Below, one piece after another: positions 49,769-62,374 of a stretch of 64,000 nt of DNA; positions within the stretch are counted from its first letter, which is position 1, and each line of letters opens with the position of its first letter. Source of the stretch: Takakia lepidozioides (taxonomy: Eukaryota > Plantae > Bryophyta); the NCBI GenBank assembly GCA_030704615.1, contig CM060733.1, positions 21,948,001 through 22,012,000 on the forward strand, written 5' to 3'. The position numbers were made by a program, and so were the translations under genes. The notes below the pieces were generated by a model. That model was not told the origin of the DNA. It did not search any database and worked only from the letters and a program-made list of their open reading frames with translations.

Positions 49769-49824
49769 GGTGTTTTATTCCAAACAAGTTTCGCTTGATT
49801 GCTCAAGCTCATCAGTGGAACACC
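49769..49824 (-). ncRNA. Family C hammerhead ribozyme
   Basis: Reverse complement of 37789-37844. Confidence 0.88.
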
Positions 49825-49910
49825 AAGAGATGAAGTCCTAAGAGCCAAGCCTATCCTTATATACTAGAAAAGCACCCTCACTATGTGCAAACGATATGGG
49901 ATAATTCCCA

Positions 49911-50168
49911 AGTACAAGAAGACATACCCTACAACCCTTGCTACGAAAGCCTTGCAAAAATTTATGGAGTGAAGGCAAGTGGAGCTTCTGCCTGCCTTCA
50001 CAAAGTTTGCAAAGCTTCAATAACCTTGAAACGATCTGGTGACAACAAACCCTAAGTACTTAAACCTCACTATCAGCAAACTCAGGCCGCAGAGCCCTAA
50101 GAAACTCAGACCGCCACAAGAAAACCTAAATTATCCCGATGACAAAACCCCGATGACAGGGAGAAGGG
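49911..50168 (+). repeat. ~260-bp segment duplicated at 53663-53920
   Basis: AGTACAAGAAGACATACCC...GACAGGGAGAAGGG occurs at both positions. Confidence 0.85.
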
Positions 50169-51520
50169 AGAAGGAAATTGAGGAGTTGCCTATAGCAGAG
50201 TTCGCAGAGACTCTTGTCAAATTTTTCTGCATGGTGAAAAAACGCAGCGGTGACCTCTTCCCCTCAGATAGGTCATTGCAATCTCATGCTTCTTTCTCTC
50301 TTTCTTCTGAGCTTTCCGCGGACGTTATAAAACACCATTTCATTTCATTTCATTTCTCTTACGAACACTGTACTGACTAGCAGATGAGAGAGATGGTCAC
50401 ATGCGTGCTTCTAACAGGTCATTTATGCTCATGGCTGTTGCTCTCTTGCAGCAAATGTAGTTTACAAATTCGATAGAAGGAGATAGACACATAAGTGGGT
50501 TTGGATCTCTGTTGATGTGTAGAATGGGTGGATTGCTTGGTTGGGACTTCGTGACGAGAACAGAGAAACGCTGTGCAGCAGGGAACAAATTAGACACTGT
50601 TATGACTGGTTGGCCGTTTGCTTCCGTTCTTACACTCAAAACGAATCCAATTCTCTGGTTGGCTGGTTGGATGTTTCGAGGGTTTGCACGAATCCTCAAC
50701 TTCCATTACAAAACGTTGGCACTACAAGGTCAGCATGATGGTCCAATTGTGGAACCCAACAAAGACATGCTGTTTGAAAAGGCCCGAATTGTGTGCATGG
50801 AGGCAATGAAGTATTCCATCCTCAATGGGGGCAATGTGAAGAAGTCAAAGCTGGTTTTGCATCCCCGAGAGTCAGAGTAAGTTTTCTTACAGCATCCAGA
50901 TAACCAGATTTTGGACCCAGATGGGTTGGTACGGCGGCTGGTGTATTATGATAGGGAGTAAAGGAAGAAGTTGCCGGAGAATGTGGATGAAAGCCGAAAA
51001 GGGGCGGCGGCGAGCAGTGATGCTACTGGATGTGAGAAAAATGGAGACGGTTGCCTGGAGAATCATAGCAATGATTTGCAACAGCCCTCTGCAAACCATG
51101 ACCCCGATACAGATGGTGACAGTTTGATCGGCCCTGAAAGTGTGAGCAAGGAAAACACTAAGAGTTTGGGGGTCACACATTGGTGTTGGAGCTACCTGGT
51201 TTGGGATGGTTGAACTTGCTGGTTGCAGCATGGGATGTGTGCGCATATAAAGAAGGCTGCTCAAATTAAGCAACTGGTCATCTGGTCATCTGGCGGCTCG
51301 CTGGTTATCTCATTTCCCCCCTGAATTCTGTATTGTAAGTCCTAGTACTCGATAAATACTTTGATAAATGTAGCCAAGCCCTCGGGAGTATCCAACTTTT
51401 GAAAAGTGGTGGTGAAGCTGTATATATTTTAAAACTTTTGATCCAGACAAAATTGGTGTAGAGGACTCTCCCTGTATAAGAAAGGCTTTCTTTTAGCCTC
51501 CCGCATTTTACCAAATAACT

Positions 51521-52913
51521 TCAGGTGTAGCCAATAGAGTCAGCCTCTACAGTTTCATGTAATTTGTACAGGAGATAACCAAGCATCTTCCAATGCCTTC
51601 TCAGCAGTACCGCAATGTGGGGATTGCATAAGTACTCCCAGCTGATACAAATCTGACTGGGGAGTGTAGTGGCCGTCCTCCAACATGTCCTCGCTCCAAT
51701 CAGCAAAAGGCAGAAATCCTTCTGGCAATTTGAATGGAGATTGAGCTACCGTTTCAAGGTCTATGAGCATGAACCCCTCCGCTGAAACCTGCACAATATT
51801 GGGCAACCGGATATCCCTATGGACGAGGTTTGCCGCATGCAGGACAGACAAAGCCTTTCACACGTCCCGAGCCAACAGCTTCATATCGTTCTCCGACCTC
51901 AACAACGGGGAGTAGCCCAGCGTACTGATCACAATATTATAAGTACCTCTACGATCCATTTCAGGCTCTGAAATTACCTCCGGAAGAGAAGGGACTCCTC
52001 GTGCAACATTGTAGGCCTGCCGAATCAGTTCAAAAGTGGTCATTTTCTCAATACAATACCTTGGGAAGTTCCTTATTGCCTTCCGAACACTGCTCGGCTG
52101 AAAGTATATCGTCCTATCCCCACATTCTTCTTCAGAAAACATTGCCCGCCGGCCTGGCACTTCCGGGATTGACTCCACCATCTTCTTCATGATCTCATAG
52201 GCATTGCCAAGGCTGAGTAACAAGAAGAGGCGGTCAGAAAGGTTCAAGACATTAAGACATGGGTTGATTCGAAATGCCCTCTTTCCATCCTTGTCGATAT
52301 AAACCCATTGGAAGGCTGTGCCTGCTGCGATATAGCCGAGAATGAATTGAACCTCCCCATAAAACATCGGACTAAGTGGCATCATCTTTCTCAAAATATC
52401 CTCTTCAGCAGCAGGTAAGCCGGCCAGCTTGTCCTCACCAACCAGAAAAGTGCATCCACCGGCAATTCCAATCATGTCAGGCCTCAGCTGTTTTCCAATA
52501 GTTTTGGTGCTAGAAGTACCTGTCTTGCTTTCACTAGTATTGAACAAAAGCTGGGCATTCAAAGCAGGCATGCAGAACCGGTCATACAAAGAGAATACCG
52601 TCTTAAAACAAAATCCCACAAATATGGATACGTCCTGCTCTGATACTGGAGGGGCAACATTGGCAAGCAACAATGCTGATAGCGTCACAGGGAGCTCTGA
52701 CTCATCTGCCTCCACGATGAAGTCCCATGCCTGAGAGGGCAACTTCTGTCGGAGTGTCAAGTAGGTAATTTTGCACACAGGAAGCTTTCCGTGATCCGTA
52801 GGAAACAATACTGCTGTTAGCTCACAAGAGTTTTGTGGGAGCTTGATAGGCTGAGGCCGCAGCAGAGAATGGATCCACATTCCAGACCTTTCAATCAATT
52901 CTGGTGGACACAA
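51521..52913 (-). pseudogene. Crinkler-like REase (PD-(D/E)xK) + protein kinase gene with an in-frame stop
   Basis: LRPDMIG...FLVGEDK (REase-like) followed by LVHRDIRLPNIV...MLIDLE...SDLYQLG (kinase); TGA at 51858-60 splits two same-frame ORFs. Confidence 0.65.
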
Positions 52914-54239
52914 ATAACAATTCAGTTAAGCATAGCAAGGAAGACCAGAACAGAGTAACAAGAAGCAAGGAAATGCACAATGGTGGTAATTATCATACTA
53001 ATGAAGTAATTAATTAACATATAAGACACATAAGATTCGTGATGGTTCATCTGAAATAACAACCAAAGGAGCCTCCTCATCATCAAACTTTAAAACATAA
53101 AAAAAGACAAGCTCAGACTGCCCTAGGCAACGTGATCTCACACTCTAACCATCATCCCATGTTGTTGAGTTGCATCTATCATGTAGTGCACAACCAGAAT
53201 TCCACATATAAATAACAAACAACCGTGTCTTTCAAAGGACCCTCCTGCGCTGGAAAGCTGGCTGTCATGGTGGACATACCGATACTGCCAATTGGGAGCA
53301 TATGTTCGCAATGTAAGTGTTCGCTTTCTCCATACACTGTGCAACTCGTTACTCTAGCTAATCATTGTCCAGACAAACTCCAGAAACAAAACCTAAGTAT
53401 CAAGAACTCCACAAATACTCGATGCAACAAATAAAGACAACCCTAGGCACTCATGAGAAATGAGGGGTTTGAACGATACTACTCATATTTGCAGCCACGC
53501 ATCAAACAAACCCTAGCTATGAAAAGAATCAAGAAAAGATCCCAGCATCAGCAACCTAGGTGCCAAGATTCTACACAACCTCTGAATTACACCAAACGGG
53601 ACGTTGGGGATTTAGGGGACCGTGCGGGAGTAAACATAACCTACAGGACAAACAGCTCCAGTAAGTACAAGAAGACATACCCTACAACCCTTGCTACGAA
53701 AGCCTTGCAAAAATTTATGGAGTGAAGGCAAGTGGAGCTTCTGCCTGCCTCACAAAGTTTGCAAAGCTTTCAATAACCTTGAAACGATCTGGTGACAACA
53801 AACCCTAAGTACTTAAACCTCACTATCAGCAAACTCAGGCCGCAGAGCCCTAAGAAACTCAGACCGCCACAGGAAAACCTAAATTATCCCGATGACAAAA
53901 CCCCGATGACAGGGAGAAGGGTTTACCACTGCCTTTACTTGTGTCTGTTGTTGAAGGAGCATCAACCTGCTTAAAGGTATAGTCTCCTGGGTCCAAGGAA
54001 TCGCTCCCAAGCAGCAGAACTCCCTCTTGATTAAACAAATCCCCATATTGATTTGCATTGTCATCGGGTGTCTAGAGGGCAAGTATGAAAATAAAGTAAC
54101 CCCACCTTCAAAGGGAGATCGTTAACCGAGCGTCACTACCCTAACACTAGTCATAGCTAAGAAACAAACTAATCATGAAGAATTGTCCCTTTTCTTTCCA
54201 CTATTGTTCTATTGTTGTTCTATCTTGAATCTTTGGCAT

Positions 54240-55816
54240 TCCGTCCTTAAGCTCCCGACGAGATGAATTCAAGGTCAGATGGTGGGGTCAGCTGCAACAT
54301 ATGCCCAACACCAGATATCCTAAGTTAATCGACTCTATATCTTGGAAACAGGACCGCCCTGTCAAACAGGCTAAGTCCTGGCAGAAGAGAGTAGAAGAGA
54401 TTCTCAAGGACCTGGACCTGGAGCCGCAAGTCTTGACCCTGCTGGATAAATCTGACTTAGAGGCTGTAGTGTCCAAAGCCATGTCTTTTGCCATGAGATT
54501 GTCTGATGAAAATGAAGTTAGGCAGAAAACTTCCCTGAACCTGTTTCCAGTCAGTGACATGGGGGAGGACATCTTGGATGACCTCAAGGGTCTACCCACT
54601 CTCGGCACTAGACTGAAATTTAAACTCAGGGCAGGAAGCCTACCTTTGAACAGCAAACAGAAGCAGAGAGGAAAGAGAGAGTGCAATTGCCCGTTGTGTG
54701 GGCAATCTGAAGACAGTATTCATTTTTTGATACACTGTCCAGGGTTCTCTCACCAAAGAGACGCTCTCTTCAAATCTATCAAGGGAATTGTGCCTGTACC
54801 CCTGTTTACCAACTTTGAAAGTCTCGAGGCTGAGCCGAAAACCCAGGCCCTGCTGAGGCCTAGTTTTTGGGCAAATCACACACAGCAGATTGATGCTTGT
54901 GTGAAGGGATTTCTAGAGGATATCTGGAAAACCCGGATTAATTCTATATATCAAGGTAAGTCTTACTACCAACGTCAGCCCCTGACAGAGGTAGGTTCTA
55001 TCCCTTTTGTTCCCGCTCAAACTGGGCGCGGGGTCAATGTCCACAAGGCTACGTAAGTCACCAACAACCACATTTTGTCATCGACCAATTAACGGCTCAA
55101 AACATGCGCACAATTTCGGCTAGAGCTTTCTATCCTCTGAAGATGGTACTCAAGAAATCGTAAAGGTTTGAACAACACTACTGATTCGCAGGTCACATGC
55201 ATCAAAGTACTGAAGAGAGAACAGAAACTCATTCTTCGCACATTGGTAGCAAACCCTACCAGACTCCCTCCTTGACGCACTATCTGACACCCTAAACCAC
55301 AACCATGGTTTCCATAACCAACAATCCCACACAGAAAGTAGGCTGCGAAGACAGACACAACACCGTTCAACCAAGAAGCAAGAGACGTCACAAAAATCAG
55401 ATGAAGACCTTTGAACAGCAAACAGAAGCAGAGAGGAAAGGGAGAGTGCAATTGCCCGTTGTGTGGGCAATCTGAAGACAGTATTCATTTTTTGATACAC
55501 TGTCCAGGGTTCTCTCACCAAAGAGACGCTCTCTTCAAATCTATCAAGGGAATTGTGCCTGTACCCCTGTTTACCAACTTTGAAAGTCTCGAAGCTGAGC
55601 CGAAAGCCCAGGCCCTCCTGAGGCCTAGTTTTTGGGCAAATCACACACAACAGATTGATGCTTGTGTGAAGGGATTTCTAGAGGATATCTGGAAAACCCG
55701 GATTAATTCTATATATCAAGGTAAGTCTTACTACCAACGTCAGCCCCTGACAGAGGTAGGTTCTATCCCTTTTGTTCCCGCTCAAACTGGGCACGGGGTC
55801 AATGTCCACAAGGCTA
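54240..55816 (+). mobile_element. LINE 3'-end fragment (zf-RVT-like) with a ~410-bp duplication
   Basis: TRLKFKLRAGSLPLN...CPLCGQSEDSIHFLIHCP; ~54642-55051 is repeated at ~55407-55816. Confidence 0.7.
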
Positions 55817-56925
55817 CGGCAAACAACGTCCTATGAGTACAATCTATCTTGAATCTGAGCAGATTCCATCCTACGGAATAAATAAATTATTTGCAAACCC
55901 TGATGGGTGAACGCAGCCAAGAAACTTACACCACACCTAGTTGCCAGGAGTGCGCAACCCTGAGTGCACATCCAGAATTCGACATCTAAATAACAAACAA
56001 CCGTGTCTGCCAAGGACCCAACCCAGGAACAAGAATTGCTAACACTTTCTAGTCCACTTTTTACCCTCCACACTTTACACAGTCACTTCAAGATCTCTCC
56101 TCTTGCCCATGGTGATACAAGGGAGGGAGGTAGAAGGTGCTGTAGATTCTTGGGAGAGCTTTGCCACTTCTGCTGCTGATAGAGTCATGGAAGGAAACTA
56201 ATTATCTGTGGTAGAGCAGTAAATTGGTGGACCCATGAGATCAAGCTCAAGATTGCTGAGAGGCAGGCGCTCTAAAAGGACTGCTGTAATATCAAAGATG
56301 AAAAAACGCTCTGGTCTAGATACTACCAACTGCGTAAAGAGGTCAATCAGCTTGTAAGGGATCAGAAGAGGCTTTACTGGGAGAAGTTGTACAGTGACAT
56401 AAACTTAACCCACCATGGTCATATTGACAAAAGATTCTGGTTGGCCTTACAGCCAATCATCATAACACCAACAATTGCACAACCCTACATGTACCCTACC
56501 TGGATCTTGGCAAGAACCACAACAGTGATAGACAATGTATATAGACTGGGAAAACATAACACACCAAAGAGAAAGAAGACAAGAATGCAGAACGCTTTTA
56601 ACCTGCCCTCATCTGCCGCAACCTGATCGACCTTAAGAAAATAAGTGTCCTTTTAAGTCTGGAAAACTTGGACATTCAATGAGCTAGCAAAACACATTTT
56701 AGCACAAAACCCTAACTGCTCCGGCTCACCTACACGGTCCTAAAGCATACCTGCATGAGTATGTGGGCGTGTAGAACAACAGGTCATAATCAAGCAAAGA
56801 TTCTGAATTCAAGGTGCCAAGAATCTACATAACCTGGGCCCACGGTACGGTGTGGCTAACATGCAGTAATGAACTTTAGTGCTGCGGTGCACACTTGCGC
56901 AAGAGACCGATAGCGAACAAGTACA

Positions 56926-56961
<36 letters not shown>

Positions 56962-57869
56962 TAAAGAGAGCTTGAAATTGCTGGGAGGGAAGCGAATGGA
57001 AGCTGCGGGTGCGACAATCCAATCTTGAATCTGAGCAGATTCCATCCTACGGAATAAATAAATTATTTGCAAACTTTAAGCACCTGACCTTGTGTTCATT
57101 GACTGCTTAAACTACTCGAACTCAAGACAGAAAAGCAAAGAAAAGCAACAAAACCAGGAAGAAAAGCAAAACCCTGCTACCTGCTGTAGGTGCTACAAAG
57201 TATCCCCACAACAGACGTATGTGACCAACCAAGAATACTCGAGGTGTGCTGAGGTGCTCAACCCTTACAGTAGCCATAGCTGAGAAAAAAACTAATCTGC
57301 AAACCCTCAGCACTTAGGAATGGTTTGACACAATATTCTGAAAGATCGTTGATTCACAAACTCAGAGCTAACAAAAACGAGTCCAGCCAAAGGCTCAATG
57401 ACGAAACAGATAAACTGCAAAACCCTAAGCACTTGATCTTCTCTTCATTGACTGCTTGCACTAAAAGAGCCTCCCCATCATCAGACTTGCAGACATAAAA
57501 ACAGACGGGCTTATACTGCCCTAGGCACCCATCAACGTTCACCAGACTCTCTCATAACTTCTCATTAGTGAAGTATTAGCTCATATTCCACACATGGGGC
57601 AAACCAAAGCATCAGACACAACAAAAGGAAACCAAATGAATAACTATCCCAGCAACAATGGACATCATTAAGGTAAATTTTCAGCCCACGTAAATAGATA
57701 CTAAATTCAGCTTGCAATACCTGGCAATACTGGCAATACTTGGGTTGGCTTCCGCTTTTTGGACAAAATTGCTTTCTTGAATCCTCTTCTGTCCCCCCTG
57801 GCAGCCTCTGGAAACTCTTCATCCATAATCTCATCGAGCTCCTGCTCTGACAAAACTTCACAAAACAAA

Positions 57870-57890
57870 AGGGTTTAGGGTTTAGGGTTT
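57870..57890 (+). repeat. Short interstitial telomeric repeat (AGGGTTT)3
   Basis: Direct reading. Confidence 0.85.
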
Positions 57891-58722
57891 CCGAATAACA
57901 CTTGTTTTGTGAAGCTGCCTTCGTGAGAATTTGGAAGACTTTACCACGAGGTTTTGAGTATCGACATCTCTACAGGCATTGGAACTGTGGTCCCCCAAAG
58001 AGAAGTTGGGGGAAATTCATGCTATCTTGCTGTCAGTGCAAACAGCTAAGAGCTGCTAGCTGTTTTTGGTCAACTGCCATCCTTGCTGGAGCAGAGTTTG
58101 TACACATATGACTTGCTGCTGTTCCAGAGTTTTCTCCAGAAAGTAAAGCAAGTGCAAATATCCACAATCACAAGTAAGGATTGTTTACTTCTCCCCAGAA
58201 TCAAACAATTTGGATAGTACAGGGAGAATGTCAAGCTCCACATCAAGGTCTCCTGTCCTTTAATTCTTGAAACCAATTTGTGCTATGTTTTGTTGGTGAT
58301 GTGGCTCTAGTAGCTCTTTCTTATAAGACTTGATCACTTTTTCCTTCCTTGCAAAGGTATCAGCTGCCATTCCCAAGCAGACAAGGGAGAATTAGGAAGA
58401 TTGCACTGTTACAGAAATTTCACGGTGACAGCACGTTTTTTTGAAGCGTAAGTTCTGCTCAACATACCCACCAAAGTGCGAAATGTACAAAGAGAGATCT
58501 CTTTCAGAACAGATTCACAATGAAACTACCTATCATTGCAACTACACCACGGCCCTCCATTTCACTCAGGATGCTCGCTGGCAGGAAGGACTAACATTAA
58601 GCTCAGTATTTCAAAGAGCTGCAGGGACAGTCCCCAAACTTTTTTTCCTTGCTGATTAACATCCAAAAGTGCACCCTCAAAGACTACCTGTGCTTGGGTG
58701 CGTCAGAGACTCCCCCTGCAAA

Positions 58723-59768
58723 TCAGCTGGACTTGTCATCCAGGGTTACAAATGCCTTGAGTATGGGGCTTATCCTATCTGACAGACCTCCCTTTTCTGA
58801 AAGCGTTAGTGAATTATCCTTCACGACACTTTGGAGCTTCTTCACTGCCAGCTCTAGTTTCTCTTGCTCTGCAATCACACGATTTGCTTGTTAGATATGG
58901 TGCTTCTGCATTTTGCAGTGGTGACCGAATGTATTGTTGTTTCCTCCTCCCAAGCCTCCCCACCTTATGTGTCTCTCTCATCTGCTAACGATGTCATGGC
59001 AGGATTTTTGACCCAACATAAGACAGCGAGAATCAATGTTGGTGGGAAAATTATAACATGCGTAACCAACCTTCTTCCAGATCACCGTGAACTCGATGAA
59101 AGGGATGGCGGACGAACATATCAGAGCCCGGCCATATCACCCAAACAGGTGCCGTCCCATCATGTTCTCCACAGGTGAGGCATCCCCCTTCCCCTGCATT
59201 CGTATTTTGAGCCTCCAGTTCCTGCGAGAGGACACTGGAGCGAGAGGTGCGAGCCTGCTTGCGTAAGGCCGTCAATGCTTCTCTGTTCCCATTACGCAAT
59301 CTGTCGCACTCCACCAGCTACCCACATGGAGAACCAACCAGACTTTCTAAGATTTTCAAAGAACCACAAGAACGGGAGAAAATTTCCTTACAACAACAGG
59401 TCCGACATTCCGTGACAGACGCTACAAAATTACACACTAGTACAGGACAGAGGAGTGGCTCTACTCACTAAGACGCGATAGAATTTTCTTGGGGTTGTCT
59501 AGGGAGAAATACAGGCAATCTCAGGTCACGATGATTCAATCACAAACCTTTCATAGATCTATTCACTGTTATGCGATGAGGCTGGATCCTCTGCGTCGAT
59601 TCATGCGGTAAAGAAAACTTAAGAAACCACGTAAAACATACACATAATCATCACCATGCCTGCTTAGATGAGGTCTGTGCCAACCTGCTGGCGGGCAAGC
59701 AGGAACTCGTCTGCCACAGCCTCGACCTCCGCCAGTCGCTTTTGCAATCGCTGCACTCCCTCTTCCAT
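58723..59768 (-). CDS. PDRG1-like / prefoldin-family protein, 3 exons
   Basis: Exons 59685-59768, 59071-59317 and 58723-58868 with consistent phases; MEEGVQRLQKRLAEVEAVADEFLLARQQ|LVECDRLRNGNREALTALRK...WPGSDMFVRHPFH...|EQEKLELAVKKLQSVVK. Confidence 0.8.
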
Positions 59769-59987
59769 TCTGACATGCAAGCAAACGCTCGCAGGGACCT
59801 AATATATTTTGACATTTTGTATGTATTTTATTAGGTTAATCTTTTCAGCTTTGAGAGAAGAGATAGGGTTCCTATTCTCTCCTCCACTTGAGCCATGGCT
59901 TCCCTCTCTGCTTGTACCGGTACCACACACGCTTCCACAGTTGCACGTATTTCAACTCCAGCTCGGATCTAAGAGGGTAGGGAGCGG

Positions 59988-60744
59988 ATGGAAGTCGAAG
60001 TGAAGCTGAGGCTGCCTGATGCAGCTGCACATGAAAAGGTTGCTTTGTTATTGGCCCCAACACATGAGGTCACATACCAGCAGGAGAACATCTTCTTCGA
60101 TGGCTCCACCCAAGAATTGAGGTCACAAAGGTCAGTGCTCCGACTGCGATTCTACAACGGCGACGTGCGCTGTGTGGTCACGCTCAAGGGAAAAGCTGTC
60201 GTTGTGGATGGCATCAGTCGGGCAAAAGAGGTGAGACTCGCTTGGAACTCGTGCATTCTCATTTCTTACAAGCAAACATGCGGAGGTACTGGAATAAAAG
60301 TCCAAAGTACTGTCTCTTGTGGAGTTGTGGAGATGGGTTGTGTAAATCGGTATAACTTCTGTCAACTTCTGACAGGTGGAGGAGGACATCGACTCAGCCC
60401 TGGGAAGAGCATGTGTGGCAGACCCATCTCGATTGGCTGGTATAGGTGGCAAGCTGATCCAACATGTGGTGTCTCAGTACAATTGCCGAGACTTTGTGTG
60501 CCTCGGAGGTTTCAGAAACGTCCGTAATGTGTATAGCTGGGAAGGGCTTAAACTGGAACTGGATGAGACCCAGTATGCTTTTGGGACCACTTACGAGATT
60601 GAGTGCGAGACCACGGAGCCAGAAAAGTTTCGGCAGCTGTTGGGTGAGCTTTTGAACGCAAGTGGGATTCCATACTCCTATTCTACAATCACCAAGTTCG
60701 GTGTATTTAGATCTGGGAAAATACCCACCTTGACTGGAGCTTGA
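59988..60744 (+). CDS. TTM3: CYTH-domain triphosphate tunnel metalloenzyme (TTM3-like), 2 exons
   Basis: MEVEVKLRL (ExExK motif), QENIFFDG, LRLRFY, LELDETQYAFGTTYEIECE; exons 59988-60230 and 60376-60744. Confidence 0.9.
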
Positions 60745-62374
60745 GGGGGTCTAGAGGAGGTCTGCGTGTGTCTGTGTGAGGAAAGGGCCAGTTGTGATCT
60801 ACCGAAGGACATTCTTGCAAAAACACAAATTAAACAAGACTTGAAAGCTACTCAAATGCGTTACCCGATCTCGAGCGACTTCTGTTTCTTCAAGCTGCTG
60901 AATACAGCAAGCTTTTGATAAAACTATTTGATGTCAAATGGATATTGCTTAACAACAACATCATCGTGCAAGTTGTCAACTTTCAGTTTCTCTTCCACAC
61001 CATCGAGGTTTATATTGGCACAGGCACCATCGCCTGAAGCTCCAGCTGCATCACAACGAAGTTGTAACGATATTCAACCTGCAAGAGCGAGTTTTTCAAA
61101 ACTGCAAACTTTATTCAAAGAGGAAAGTCTCTTCAACACTGTGGCTGTCTCACCAGAGCTAATCCATCACGAGCGGGATCAATATACAACATCCTTCTGA
61201 CAGAAGCAATCCATGTAAACAGGAATGCGAAGTCCTCCTGCCATGTCTGCAAGCAAAATAGTTTTGAGGTCATAGGACAAACCTTTTGGCAAGGGCTCCT
61301 CTGTGAAAATAAAGAAAACTGATTCTCGTTGCATGGGAGCATCAGGATTCAGCTTCTCCAGTTTCCAGCTGACCGGGTCCGTTCTGTCAAGGCCGTGGTG
61401 AGGGAAATTCCGCGGGGTCCTGTCAGTCCCCGAACCAGAATGATGAGTGGACAATGAATGCCATCTAATTTGATGGTCATATATCCAATGTAAGCAGAAG
61501 GGTACCAGTATTCGCTTCGAGGCAAGGTTTGCCTAAGGAGGTATCCTACGCGAGGAAGGTCAGAGATGCTCCTGTGATTGCACGAAGCCGAGGAATGAGA
61601 GCAATTTCAGAAAACATTCAACTTCTATGAAGGCTTGAGACGTGTCTATATGCGTGGCGTCAGGTCAGGAAACCTCACCCCCCCCTGCTTAGCAGCTGGT
61701 CGGTGGAAACGAATGTGACAATGTAGAGATACCGATCATCCTCCACAGATAATTTGAGCCTCACGGACGTCGAGTGCTGGACCATAAAGCCACCTGGTCT
61801 AGAGCCACATGCTTTCCCAGACTGATCAAACTTTGAAGAACTTAGCTCACACACTTCGGACTTCAGACTTGCTACGTTCTTTCTACTCTTCTTCGGTCCC
61901 TGTCCACGATTGGCTTTCGGCCAGGCCACTTTCTTATTCCAACTTGCACATTTACAGATTTCAGATCCTTTCATTTCAGATCGCCGATCCTATTTGGCCT
62001 CTGTTTAGAATCTACTTTGTCAACTTTTGTACATGAACTGCTCTTCTATCATGCTCTATGCATAATATTGGAATTCGCATTCTAGATCGCCCAACCACCA
62101 CATTGTGCCTTGATCAATCAACCATCATGGGGCAGTGGAGGTCTGATCATCATCTCCTTCTTCAAAGCCCGTTTGCTCACACCGCTTCAAAGCCCACTAG
62201 CTCTCTCTGCAGTGCTTTTTCTTCTTCCTGCAGCTGCCATTTTTCCATATTGAAGTATGGCCTCTTCAATCATTTACTGTAAGTTGCTAGCCACCTCACA
62301 TATCATCCCATTATTCTTTCTCACCGTTCCCAGCACATTCACTATGCATTAGAACCCGTTCTTAAATGTAATAG

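Larger units (their letters stand above)
45499..49911 (-). mobile_element. Chain of 5'-truncated PLE copies separated by (TTTAGGG)n tracts
   Basis: B fragment 45499-45708; tract 45709-34; C 3' end 45735-46116; tract 46117-59; A 3' part with RT C-terminus 46162-47324; linker and tract 47325-47462; B 47463-48349; tract 48350-74; B fragment in + orientation 48381-48870; tract 48919-53; C 48954-49911. Confidence 0.88.

Noticed and set aside
57870-57890. Additional PLE/telomerase junction
   Set aside because: No TR-like linker or PLE sequence adjacent; treated as a plain short interstitial repeat or telo-box.
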